A DNA stretch of 64,000 nt, taken from Isurus oxyrinchus (lineage: Eukaryota). The stretch is taken from the NCBI GenBank assembly GCA_026770705.1, contig JANJGN010000013.1:57722001-57786000 (forward strand). The letters run 5' to 3'. A program made the translations under genes and the position numbers. Shown piece by piece: positions 13,464-24,949 of this stretch. Position 1 is the stretch's first letter, and every line of letters begins with the position of its first letter. Under the pieces are notes generated by a model. It was given only the letters and a program-made list of their open reading frames with translations. It searched no databases and was not told the origin of the DNA.

Positions 13464-14100
13464 CCAACAGAAACTGAACTGGACTAGCTATATAAATGCT
13501 ATGGCTACAAGAGCATGTCAGGGGCTATGAATCCTGTGGTGAGTAACTCACCTCCTGACCCCTCAAAGCCTGTCCACCATCTACAAGGCACAAGTCAGGA
13601 GTGTGATGGAACACTCCCTGCTTACCTGGATGAGCGCAGCTCCAACAAAACTAAAGAAGCTCGACACCATCCAGGACAAATCAGCCCGCTTGATTGGCAC
13701 CACATCCACAAACATTCACTCCCTCCACCACCAACGCACAGTAGCAGCAGTTTGTACCATCTACAAGAAGCACTGCAGGAACTCACCAAGGCTCCTTAGG
13801 CAGCACCTTCCAAACTCATGACCACTATCATCTAGAATGGTAAGGGCAGCAGATACATGGGAATACCACCACCTGGAAGTTCTCCTCCAAGTCACCCACC
13901 ATCCTGACTTGGAAATGCATTGCTGTTCCATCACTGTCACTGGGTTAAAATCCTGAAATTCCCTCCTTAACAGCACTGTGGGTGTACCTATACCAGCGGT
14001 TGGATAACGCAGCACACCATCACCTACTCGAGGGCAATTAGGAATGGGCAATACATGCTGGCCTAGCCGGCGAAGCCCACATCTCAGAAATGAATTTTTA
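13464..14100 (+). mobile_element. LINE (CR1/L2-group) 3' fragment
   Basis: Same family as 1-920 (WMSAAPTKLKKLDTIQDK...). Confidence 0.8.
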
Positions 14101-15049
14101 AAAAGCATTTCGTGAAACTGATCTTATAACATTATTTTAAATGTTAATCTTGACTGATTTTTAAAAAAGTATTATGCTGCAAAGGCTGGAAATCTGAAAT
14201 AAAAAACAGAAAGTGCTGGAAAAACTAAAGGTCTGGCAGCATCTCTGGTGAAAGAGTTAACATTTCGAGTCCGCATGACTACCTCAGACTGATTATTTGC
14301 TTATGTAGGGAATGAACTGAATTATATGTCCACGTTTATGACAAGAATTCAAAGCATGTGTTTCAAGTACTTTGACAGCATCAGTTTACACAAATTCAGG
14401 TGCAAACCTCGTAACCACCTCTCTGGATACCCGGACCTAACGCTGTGCAAGCTCTGGCTTTGCATGGATTTTTCAAAGCTATCCCATGAGGTTAATCATT
14501 GGTCAATAATGGTTACATTGAAATAGGTATTACTAGTATTAAGACAAATATTCATATCTCTAGATTCTGTGAGTTTCTTGACTGAAACGAACTTAAGGGT
14601 CGCGCTTTTTAAATTCACCTTCACATTAATCACAAACTCGGTATCTCCAGTACATAGCTGTCTTTGTTCAGACTGATTAGAACTACAATAAGTAAATCGC
14701 TAAAAGTAGCAGCACATACGTTGTTGTGCCCATAAAGACTGCGAATAAAGTGGTTTCATTTCTAGGGGGAAAAACATACAAAATAATAGATTCATATAGA
14801 AGTGCTCGGTTCTGGTCTCCACGCTAGAGAATTGGTATTCAAGAAATAAGAGAAGGGCAGATAATACACACAAAATTGTTGCTCGAAATGGGCTGGTGCA
14901 ACTGGTAAATTTGTAAATTGATGTATGACCTCTGTAAAAGAGAAGGCTGATGAGATTTGTTAAAGACCTTTGTAATTATGAAAGGGCGCGAAAGGGTAGA
15001 GGTGAAAAATTATTTACATTCTGGGTCCGGGATTCGGTGGGGCTAACTG

Positions 15050-15710
15050 GTGGGAGAACTGACAGGACTGCCTTGCCCACGGACCTCACACCACCGCATG
15101 TCAGAACCATGGGGGTTACCCAAAGCAATCAAATACCTTCCAGGGGCTTAAGTGGCCACCATCGCATCTTCCACACTATTGAGGACCCCGGCGACGGAAG
15201 ACCCGCCAATGGGAGAAGTGGCTGCTGTCGGCAATGCACCTCCAGAGGCCCAGGGTCATCGTGGGTTCTCAAGCCAAAGGTAAGTAATAGCATGAATGGG
15301 ATCACAAAGGTGGGGTGGCAGGAAGTGAGGCTCCTCATCGCATTGAAATTAACCGTCTTCCAATGTAGCCGCTCTATATTACATGGTTCCTTGCTCAGAG
15401 TCAGCACTGCCCAGGTTGGGGGCGGGTGTACATTGGTGGGTGGAAGGGTAATAATGGATAGGGAGTGTGGGGTGTGTAAGGCGCTGCGCGGGGGAGCTGA
15501 GCATTGTTGGGGGTGTGGGGGCTGTGGGATTTCTCGGGTGGGGCAGGGGGCGATGAACATTGTCAGATGCTGCGTGGGAGGCGAGCATTGTTGGCAGTGT
15601 GAGCAGTGTTGGGGTTTGCGGAGACGGGTGAACCGTGTCGGGGTACGAGGTTTGTGTGAGCAGTGTGGCGGCTCAGCAGTGTGGGGAGTATGGGGCTGAG
15701 GGTGAGAGAG
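15050..15710 (+). mobile_element. Possible Harbinger Myb/SANT-ORF relic followed by a G-rich low-complexity tract
   Basis: Frameshifted W-E-V-A-A-V-G-N-A-like segment near 15210, strong donor AAG|gtaagt at 15280, then GT/G-rich repeats. Weak similarity only. Confidence 0.25.
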
Positions 15711-15999
15711 GGAATCTAACAGATTAAAGTTAATTGAGAAACTGGCTAAATCAATGGGCTGATGGCAATCCCCAAGGGTCATGTTCTCAGTTCATGACGA
15801 CAAAGGGGACGTGACTTTGCAGCTGCTGCGCTTCGTCGCAACGCCTCCCCCATTCTGCCCGTCGATGTATTCAATCTCGAGCCAGGGCAGTAAGGCCAAA
15901 GACTCCAGCCTAAAAAGCTAAGGGCGCAGTTTTACATGGGGTCAGCTGCATGCGCTCCCAATCCGCCATTGACTGGAAGACGTGGGCCAACAACTGCAC

Positions 16000-17620
16000 A
16001 GATTTAAAAGGGCTCGCTTAATGTTAAAATTCTCTTCACGAGGAAATTATGTTGTCTACTTCACTACTGCGCAAAAAAGAGGACAGGATTAAAAGGTAAT
16101 CGTCTCTGGAGCACTTCCTGAGCCATACGCAAATAAGACCAGAGTTTAAAGTTTGGCTAAAGATTGGTGTGGGGAAAATGGGTTTCAATTTATGGGACAC
16201 AAGCACCAATCCTGGGGAAAGGCGGGAGCTGTTCCATTAGCATGGCCTTCACTTGAACCCTGCTGGGACCTGTGCCCTGCCAAGTCAAAAAACGAGGGCA
16301 TAAATAGGGTTTTAAATGTAATTGGTGAACGGATTCAGGTGAGGGAAAATTTAGAAAGTTAAAAATAAAGGACAAGGCGATATTATATGGATGATGGTAA
16401 CCAGAATTTGACAGGAAGTGACAAAGCGTGTAAACATAAGGCCAAATTAGAGAAAGTGATTTAAAAAAAAACAAAATGAAAGGCTCTTTACCTTAATGTG
16501 TGCAGGATTTGTAACATTATACGTGAATTGATGGCACGCACACAAATAAATGGATTGATCTGATAGGCATCACAGAGATTGTTTTGCGAGGTACAAGGCT
16601 GGGAATTGAATATTCAGGCGGATTTGACATTTGGAAGGACAGACAGAAAAAAAAGGAGGTGAATAGCTCTGTTGATGTTGAAATCAGGGCAGTAACAATA
16701 AATAATTTTGGTTTGGACGATCAAGATGTACAATCAGTGGACATAAGAAATAGCAAGGAAATAATTCACTACTGGGAGTTATCTATAGGTCCCCTAACAG
16801 TGGCTACACTTTAGGACGGCGGGTAAAACAAGTGATAGCAGGAGCTTTTAAGAAAGTTACTGCAATAGCCATGGGTGACTTTAATCTACGTATAGATTGG
16901 CTCGAAACACGGGTAACCTTGAAGCAAAAGTTCATACAGTGTATTCAAAACAGTTTCTTAGAACAATGCATTGTGGAATGAACGAAGGAGCAGGCGGTTT
17001 TAGAGCTAGTGATGAGTAATGAGACCTAATTAATTAATTAATTAATGATCTTGGAGTAAAGGAGCATGTATGGAAGAGTGGTCATCACATGATAGAAATT
17101 CACACTCAATTTGGGGATAGAAACATGGGTGTAAAACGGGTGTCTTGAACTTAAATAAAGGCAGTAACTGCATAAAAACAGAAACCATAAAAACAGACTT
17201 GGCTGAAGTGGATTGAGAAATTAGTTTAAAAGGGTAAGATGGCACATAAGCAATGGCAAGGAAACATTTTATAATCCTTAACAAAGATTTATTTCATTTA
17301 AAAAAAACACTACACTGAGGACGGACAGTCGGTGACTAACATATCGTAGGTAAGGATTTATCAAATTGAACGAAAAGGTATACAATGTTGCGAAGATTAG
17401 GAAATGTTTTCAGAAACCAACAAAGACAAATAAAAAAAGTTAAAATAGATTACGGGACTAATCTTTCGAGAAATTCAAGAACAGGCAGTAAGTGTTTCTA
17501 CAAATATATAAAAACGCAGAGAGTAGCTAAAGTAAACTTTGACCTCTTAGAGGATGAGACTGGGGAGTTAATAATGGGAAACAATGAAAGGGAGGAGGCT
17601 TTGAACAAAGGGAGAGGAGG
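16000..17620 (+). mobile_element. Degenerate CR1 LINE (ORF1 end and ORF2 endonuclease region)
   Basis: KDWCGENGFQFMGH (ORF1), atgggtgactttaat (MGDFN) and FYKYIK...GELIMGN motifs. Confidence 0.75.
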
Positions 17621-18520
17621 GAATGTTTCCTCTCGGCACGGTGCATGTAGCACAAGAAGAACAGGATCGCGATTTCATTACGTATGTAATAAATGCGAAA
17701 TCTGCCGCCATATTTCCCGCAATACTGTTCAAGTAACTTTCCTACAGATCTCTGGGATTCAATAAACAGATACAAATTGTTTCATTTTTAATTTAGTGGT
17801 GTCACCTGGGAAGAATCCTGATTTCTCATTTAGCGGTGTCAATGTCAACGCCTCGCAGACAATATATAAATTCATTAGATTTAGAATAAACGCTCCCTGT
17901 GACCCTCAAAATGCATAGCAACGTTCCATATATTCCACAATCGCAGTGAAATTCTATGCCATTTTAAATATCAAGAAGCAATTCGGGTCCCTCATTCTTA
18001 CTCCTCGACCGAATACAACATAAAGCCTGCAGCCTGCTCTTTCACTCAGGCCTCACATCCACCTAACGAGGCCGAATTGAGATACAGATGTTCGATTTGA
18101 AGAGCGGAATTAGAGGGGCGGAATGGCCTAATCCTGTTCCTAACCTCGCTCTCTCTTCCTCGGCCCTTAGAAAACTTTGTCATATTAATAGGGATAGAAA
18201 TGCTTCTCGGGAATTTCCAACCTTGTTCTCCTACTTGCTGAACACAACCCATCATTTGCGTCCATGAACCCCCGTTGTGTTAAAAATCAAAATCTATTCC
18301 ATAGTCCCCCATTTCAGTTCATTTTTGTACTGATCTTGGAACTGTAGAACTCATTATTTCCCTCAACCTTTCTCTTCCTTACAACCCTCAGGCCACTGAA
18401 GCATTGAAATGAGCGTCACCTACTAATACAAAAACAAAATGCTGCGGGTGCTGGAAATCTGAGATCAACGCAGAAAATGCAGGACCTACTCAGCAGGTCA
18501 GGCAGTATATATGGAAGGAG

Positions 18521-18829
18521 AAACAAAAACAGAATTACCTGGAAAAACTCAGCAGGTCTGGCAGCATCGGCGGAGAAGAAAAGAGGTGACGTTTCGAGTC
18601 CTCATGACCCTTCGACAGAACTTGATTTCGAGTCCAAGAAAGAGTTGAAATATAAGCTTATATTTCAACTCTTTCTTGGACTCGAAATCAAGTTCTGTCG
18701 AAGGGTCCTGAGGACTCGAAACGTCAACTCTTTTCTTCTCCGCCGATGCTGCCAGACCTGCTGAGTTTTTCCAGGTAATTCTGTTTTTGTTTTGGATTTC
18801 CAGCATCCGCAGTTTTTTTTGTTTTTATC
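18521..18829. mobile_element. Palindromic PLE-terminus insertion with 18-bp TSD, nested in an older PLE terminus (18430-18880)
   Basis: Arms of about 135 bp centred on AAGCTT (18654-18659); TSD tatatggaaggagaaaca at 18508-18525 and 18830-18847. Confidence 0.9.
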
Positions 18830-19061
18830 TATATGGAAGGAGAAACAGAGTTAACATTCCAGATCAATGAACTTTTGTCAAAATAGTATTTACGACATTT
18901 TCTGTTTCATTTACCTAACAACTAATGGCTGATTTAGCTCAGCGTTTATTTAACTCCTTTTCTTCTATTCTGATGGCCTTTTTCAATCTTCTAATGTCCT
19001 ACTTTCACAAATTGGAAAATTGGCTGGGGTAGGCATTGCTGACAAAGCCAACATTCTGGTG

Positions 19062-19082
19062 TGACGTGGAGTATATTTGCAT
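19062..19082 (+). promoter_or_regulatory. Ig light-chain promoter: CRE-like TGACGT and octamer ATTTGCAT
   Basis: tgacgtgg at 19062 and ATTTGCAT at 19075-19082, about 115 bp upstream of ATG 19192, in the light-chain orientation. Confidence 0.75.
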
Positions 19083-19191
19083 AAACGTTGATTGTAATGT
19101 CCCGACACTTCTTAAAGTGAGGTTCAGAAGGAGCCGAGACAGCTGGCAGTCAGGAAGCATTTTATTTCTGATCTTCGGCGAGATTTGCACA

Positions 19192-19231
19192 ATGGTTGGA
19201 GTTCTCGCTGTACTGGTGCTGTGTCTCCGCA
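19192..19231 (+). CDS. IGL: Ig lambda (type II) light chain VJ2, leader exon
   Basis: MVGVLAVLVLCLR followed by phase-1 donor A|gtaagt at 19232. Confidence 0.9.
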
Positions 19232-19369
19232 GTAAGTACATGACTAGTCAACTCTGCTTCCAATGTTGCACTTTCTTATTGCTTACTTGGGTGGGATGAT
19301 TCCGAATTGTAATCAGTTCTCGAAGTTGCAACGAGTGTGCGTGAATAAAAACCCTTGTTAATTTTCCAG

Positions 19370-19690
19370 GTACCATCGCGGATGTTGTCCTGACACAGCC
19401 AACATCCATCTCAACGTCCCCGGGGGAAAATGTCAAGATCACCTGTACCATGTCCAGAAACAGCATTAGCAGCTACTACACGAGCTGGTACTGGCAGAAA
19501 CCCGGTAGTGCCCCCGTGCTTATTTGGAGTGAGTATAGCGGTAAAGCTTCGGGTATCCCCGATCGATTCATGGGGTCTGTGGACTCATCGAGCAACAAGA
19601 TGCATCTAACCATCACAAAAGTACAAGCTGAGGATGCCGCTGATTATTACTGTTTTATACCTAATATCTTTGGTAAAGGAACTATTGTCA
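19370..19690 (+). CDS. IGL: Ig lambda (type II) light chain VJ2, germline-joined V-J exon with short CDR3 and short J
   Basis: Acceptor ttttccag at 19369. Encodes DVVLTQPTSISTSPGENVKITCTMSRNSISSYYTSWYWQKPGSAPVLIW...GIPDRFMGSVDSSSNKMHLTIT...EDAADYYCFIPNIFGKGTIV. Likely donor A|gttagt at 19691 (3' boundary uncertain). Confidence 0.85.
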
Positions 19691-19819
19691 GTTAGTCTCT
19701 AAATTAAGCATAGGCGTCCAGTACAGTACAAGATTTGCAGCCCTTTAATTCACATTAACCCACGATTTTTGTAGTAATCATACCCTTATAGCATTACTAA
19801 CCAGTAATTATATCGATTG

Positions 19820-20445
19820 TGCCATCGTGGTCGGTTTCCCTTCATAATCGAAAATGGCTGTTTCTTGTGTGCGCAGAGCCGTCTAATTGTGTGTTCCAAA
19901 CACGTCTGTGGAGTCCATGGCTTTCCACATTGCGGGCAGGGACGAATCTGATTTTGCTCCCTACCTGGTCTTTTCTAGCTTGCCTTTTCTCCTTGGCTGC
20001 CTGTATTCTTTCCTGTTGAAAAGAAGAAATGTCGCTACTTGAGATCATTGCTCACCGAGTAGTTCTTTCTTGTACATTTTCTCTCAGTCTGTGGTGGACA
20101 TGCCACATTTCCTGAGATTGGATTTCAAAGAATCTTTGACTTTTAATTTCAGCCTACCTCACAGGCGGTGTCCAAGTCGTGCACACTTGGCACCTTAGGG
20201 AATTTATCATCAGTCGTACATGCCCAGTCCATCTGAACTGAGCTCTGATGATGAGTGCAGCAATTCTAAGCATTTCTGCTCTTTGCAGTGCCTCAGTACT
20301 GGGCAACGAACCCTGCAACTTGATGGGCCCCCGTTGCATTATATGTGTGTCACTTCCATAAAGTTCTTGTAATTTTAGCGTCTATGTTATAATGCAACGG
20401 GGGCCCATCAAGTTGCAGGGTTAGTAATCAAGCTTCTGGGTTTCG
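19820..20445 (-). mobile_element. Degenerate RTE-like LINE fragment
   Basis: IAALIIRAQFRWTGHVRLM (ORF 20154-20339) resembles the RTE RT C-terminal LRWxGHVxRM motif. Confidence 0.55.
20309..20422. repeat. Perfect 35-bp inverted repeat with 44-nt spacer (possible piggyBac-type mini-MITE)
   Basis: aaccctgcaacttgatgggcccccgttgcattata at 20309-20343 and its exact reverse complement at 20388-20422. Confidence 0.9.
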
Positions 20446-22314
20446 AACAAATTGTTCCTTGCATTTTGACAAGTACATATTGGTGATGGTGCTATTGTAA
20501 CCAACGTCGTACTTGGTGTCAACTGGATCGCGTTGGCAGTTTGCCTTGAAGACGGAGGCTGCGAAAATTATCGTTCCTGAATATCTGTTGGTGGTTACCA
20601 TGAATGAATGTGATATTATAGTACAAAAGTAACTACTTCCACAGGACAGAGGACACTCATCTCTTTGTACCATTTAAAGAGTATATGATTCGGCTTTTGT
20701 GTGCTTTAAATTATGCTAAATCTATTTTACTATTATTTCAATGCTTGATCGTCGGCTCCTAGAGGATGTAATCCATGTTGGTGCAGGTAGCGATATAAAG
20801 AGACAAGCGCCCTTCTTTTAGAGGTTATGGCTGTGGCAGTTTGGCTTCATTCTTTGACATCGGTTCTATTTTAGAATTTGTATCATAGGATGGTTAATTT
20901 ATGATATGACGCGAATTATTATCGTAGTTGTTTTTGGATAAATTTAAGCAAATAGTTTACCACAGGACTACTTACCTTTGTTGGAAACTGCTTTAAAGAC
21001 TGACACTGGAGAAGGTGCTGATCACCACATCCTGAGCATGAAATCTTGTTCTGGTAGCGTTTTCAAGTTCTTGCGGCTTAGTCAAATTCAGTCAGGACAA
21101 AGAACTTGTAACTAGGGCGATTCAAGCGGTCCAACCAAGACAATAATAAGTCAGGCCATAAAATATCTGTTAATGATTTACAACTTGAACCAAAGAATGT
21201 TGCGAAAATTGTTCACAAAAGCAGCGGTTCCAGGCCGGTAATTAATTAAACAGGGTCATATTTTTGGGAATAATATCATGATCTTCCTATAATACTAATT
21301 CTAAAATGCAACCGATGTCAAAGAATGAAGACATGAGCTCTGAGAGAAGGACGCTTGTCTCTTTATACCACTTAATATCACGATCCGAATACACGATTCT
21401 CTTCCCGAAGGATCTTCGCTCAAATCACCATACATTATTTGTTCCTTTGTTATATATAATTCCATAACTAATGGTAAATCAGTGCTAAATAGACTATAAT
21501 ACATTGATGCAGACGATGGAGAAAAGCTAACATTTATACAAGCCAAATGGCTTCGTTGTGTGTTCTAATGTGTATAAATCTATGATAGGACCTAGATTAG
21601 ATTCATTCTGAATTTGGTTACATCTTGAATCAGGCGATTCTTCTTTTGTTGTGACTAATTGAGTCTCATCAAATTCAACATCTGCAGTGTGTTAATAGCT
21701 TTAATCCACAATTAACGACTCTTGATATCGCAAGGTAGTTTCCGACCTAATTGTGGAAGCTTGGCTGGTGCTCTAGGGAAACCGTATAAATTGACTAAAC
21801 TGCTTCGTCGATACGCTAACGAAATTAGAGGAGATCCGATGTGCCCTCTCGGAATGTTACTAATGGATCAATTAACAAATACACTTGATAGAATCTGTAG
21901 AGCTGATTATTTATTAATTTACTGCGCCTCGAAATGATAGCCGGTCCTGAGAAATACCACAGTGGGAGCATTGATTTCACAGCGCTTACCTTTCACGGCT
22001 TGTTTTGGACATTGTTCAAAGTATTGTTATTTGAATTAAACACCATTAAACGTGAAAATGATTGTCTGTGAAGAAAATAATTTACTTTTAATTAGTTCCT
22101 TACAGCTATTTTCTCAATTTATATTTTTACTTTTTGGGAAATACGAATCCTATACGTGTTTAATAACACTGTTCAGCCTCCATTGTAAATTATTGCCAAA
22201 CCGTTTTCTTCAACAACTGAATGTTAAAAAAACAAATTGGCAAGACCCGGACTTTAAACTCATCTGACGATGAGTGATCCTACGCTCAGTCTTACATTTG
22301 TTTCTACTTTCCAG

Positions 22315-23712
22315 ATCCACAGCCTCCCTCGGTCTCTGTCCTCCCGCCTTCATCGGATCAAATCACGGCGAAGAACACGGAGACCCTGGTGTGTTTGGTG
22401 AGCGGTTTTAAGCCGGGAGCTGTGGAGGTTGAATGGACTGTAGATGGCAGTGTCAGAGGCAATGGGGTTGAGACCAGTCGGATCCAGCAGGAGGCGGACA
22501 ACACGTTCAGTGTGAGCAGCTATCTGACTCTGTCAGCCTCAGACTGGAACTCACACGAGCTTTATTCCTCGACAGAACTTGAGTTCGAGTCCAAGAAAGA
22601 GTTGAAATATAAGCTGGTTTAAGGTGTGTGTGTGTGTGTCTGTTCCGATGATGCTACCTTCAAAAACAGTTCCTCTGACATGTCCTCCTTCTTCCTTAAC
22701 CGAGGTTTTCCACCCACGGTCGTTGACAGGGCCCTCAACAGTGTCCGGCCCATCTCCCGCGCATCCGCCCTCACGCCTTCTCCTCCCTCCCAGAAACATG
22801 ATAGGGTCCCCCTTGTCCTCACTTATCACCCCACCAGCCTCCGCATTCAAAGGATCATCCTCCGCCATTTCCGCCAACTCCAGCATGATGCCACCACCAA
22901 ACACATCTTTCCCTCACCCCCCTTATCAGCATTCCGTAGGGATCCCTCCCTCCGGGACACCCTGGTCCACTCCTCCATCACCACCTACTCCTCAACCCCC
23001 TCCTATGGCACCACCCCATGCCCACGCAAAAGATGTCACACCTGCTCCTTCACTTCCTCTCTCCTCACCGTCCAAGGACCCAAACACTCCTTTCAAGTGA
23101 AGCAGCATTTCACTTGCATTTCCCCCAACTTAGTCTACTGCATTCGTTGCTCCCAATGTGGTCTCCTCCTCATTGGAGAGACCAAACGTAAACTGGGCGA
23201 CCGCTTTGCAGAACACCTGCGGTCTATCCGCAAGAATGACCCAAACCTCCCTGTCGCTTGCCATTTTAACACTCCACCCTGCTCTCTTGCCCACATGTCT
23301 GTCCTTGGCTTGCTGCATTGTTCCAGTGAAGCCCAACGCAAACTGGAGGAACAACACCTCATCTTCCGACTAGGCACCTTACAGCCTTCCGGACTGAATA
23401 TTGAATTCAACAACTTTAGGTCGTGAGCTCCCTCCCCCATCCCCACCCTCTTTCTGTTTCCCCCTTCCTTTTTTTTCCAATAAATTATAAAGATTTTCCT
23501 TTTCCCACCTATTTCCATTATATATAAAAAAAACCCCACTAGAGCTATACTTTGAGTGCCCTACCATCCATTCTTAATTAGCACATTCGTTTAGATAATA
23601 TCACCAACTTTAACTTTAACACCTATGTGTTCTATTGTACTATTGTCGTTGACATCTTTTGATGATCTGCTTCTATCACTGCTTGTTTGTCCATACAACC
23701 ACACCACCCTCC

Positions 23713-23750
<38 letters not shown>

Positions 23751-24046
23751 CGCCCCCCACACACACACCTTAAACCAGCTTATATTTCAACTCTTTCTTG
23801 GACTCGAACTCAAGTTCTGTCGAAGGGTCATGAGGACTCGAAACGTCAACTCTTTTCTTCTCCGCCGATGCTGCCAGACCTGCTGAGTTTTTCCAGGTAA
23901 TTCTGTTTTTGTTTTGGATTTCCAGCGTCTGCAGTTTTTTTGTTTTTATATATATATATTTATTAGAGCTTTACTCCTGTCTGATTAAATACGAGACTCA
24001 GGCCACCCCTCTTCAAACAAGCATTGCGAGATCCAGTTGTATCTGA
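22315..24046 (+). pseudogene. IGL: Ig lambda constant exon interrupted by a PLE insertion (parts 22315-22569 and 23979-24046)
   Basis: Acceptor tactttccag at 22314. Encodes PQPPSVSVLPPSSDQITAKNTETLVCLVSGFKPG...FSVSSYLTLSASDWNSHELYS, resuming after the insert as CLIKYETQATPLQTSIARSSCI*. AATAAA at 24101. Confidence 0.93.
22570..23965 (+). mobile_element. Penelope-like element with short inverted 5' piece, inserted in the Ig C exon
   Basis: 22570-22635 is an inverted copy of the element's own 3' region. GIY-YIG ORF is open to 23426. TSD gagcttta(t/c)tcct at 22557-22569 and 23966-23978. Confidence 0.93.
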
Positions 24047-24100
24047 TTCAAGATTCACTTGCATTCACTTGTTATAATGTTAGTTAAAATGCTTTTAAAA

Positions 24101-24106
24101 AATAAA
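24101..24106 (+). terminator. Poly(A) signal of the Ig C exon
   Basis: AATAAA about 55 nt after the TGA at 24044-24046. Confidence 0.65.
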
Positions 24107-24949
24107 GTCCGTCCTTAGATATTACATGTTTGATTTTAAGAGGAACATTTCAAATCACAGCAGATGTTCACTTTGGATCTCAAGGACTCAATCTTACCGC
24201 GTGTTCACCATGAACTGAGCTTCAATGTAACATTACAAATACCGCAGTGTAATAAATTTATTCCTGTATTATATCAGATGCAGTTAATCTTTTCTATCGA
24301 GTTCATCCGCACCAAATCCATAGCAACTTTATAAGCTTGACTAAATAGTGACATTTTATTTTTTGTGACAATCTACAGATTCCATAGACGCAGTGAAATC
24401 AGTCAGAACAGTTATATACGCACGATAGGTAACTATTTAACATATCGGGAAATAAATAACATAGAAACCATCGAATCATAGACAGGTTACGGTACAGAAA
24501 GCGGCCATTCAGCCCATCGTGTTTGCGCTGGCTCAAAAGAACTAGCCGTCCATTCTCATCCCACCGTCCAGCACCCGTAGCCTTGCAGCACTTCAGATGC
24601 AGACCCAGGTACCTTTTAAATGATTTGAGGATTCCTGCCTCAACCACAAATACAGGCAACGATTCCAGGCACCTACCACCCAATGGGTGAAATTTAATTT
24701 ATTTATTTCAAAACAAAATTTAACTCTTGGAATTACACTGAATTTACAGCACAGAAGCAAGTAATTCTGCCGAGCTGGGCAATTCCATTTGGTAACAAGT
24801 TCAACATTTCTAACCGCTCACTGGACAAATAAGTTGTTTCCTGAATTCTTTATTGGATTTATTGGTGACCACCATGTTTATGGACGCAGTATTCCCTACA
24901 AGTGTAGTCGTCTTCTTTTAAGATACGATATTAAACAGCGCCATACTAG

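Noticed and set aside
14950-15782. Overlapping 249-aa and 217-aa ORFs
   Set aside because: Driven by a G/T-rich low-complexity tract with few stops; no recognisable domain.
18477-18806. Near-identical ORFs on both strands (KNRITWKNSAGLAAS...)
   Set aside because: A consequence of the PLE palindrome; the same peptide appears wherever the terminus occurs.
4110-22314. Recombination signal sequences or separate J segments
   Set aside because: I saw no CACAGTG/ACAAAAACC pair with 12- or 23-bp spacing near either V; both are already joined to J. Manual scan only.
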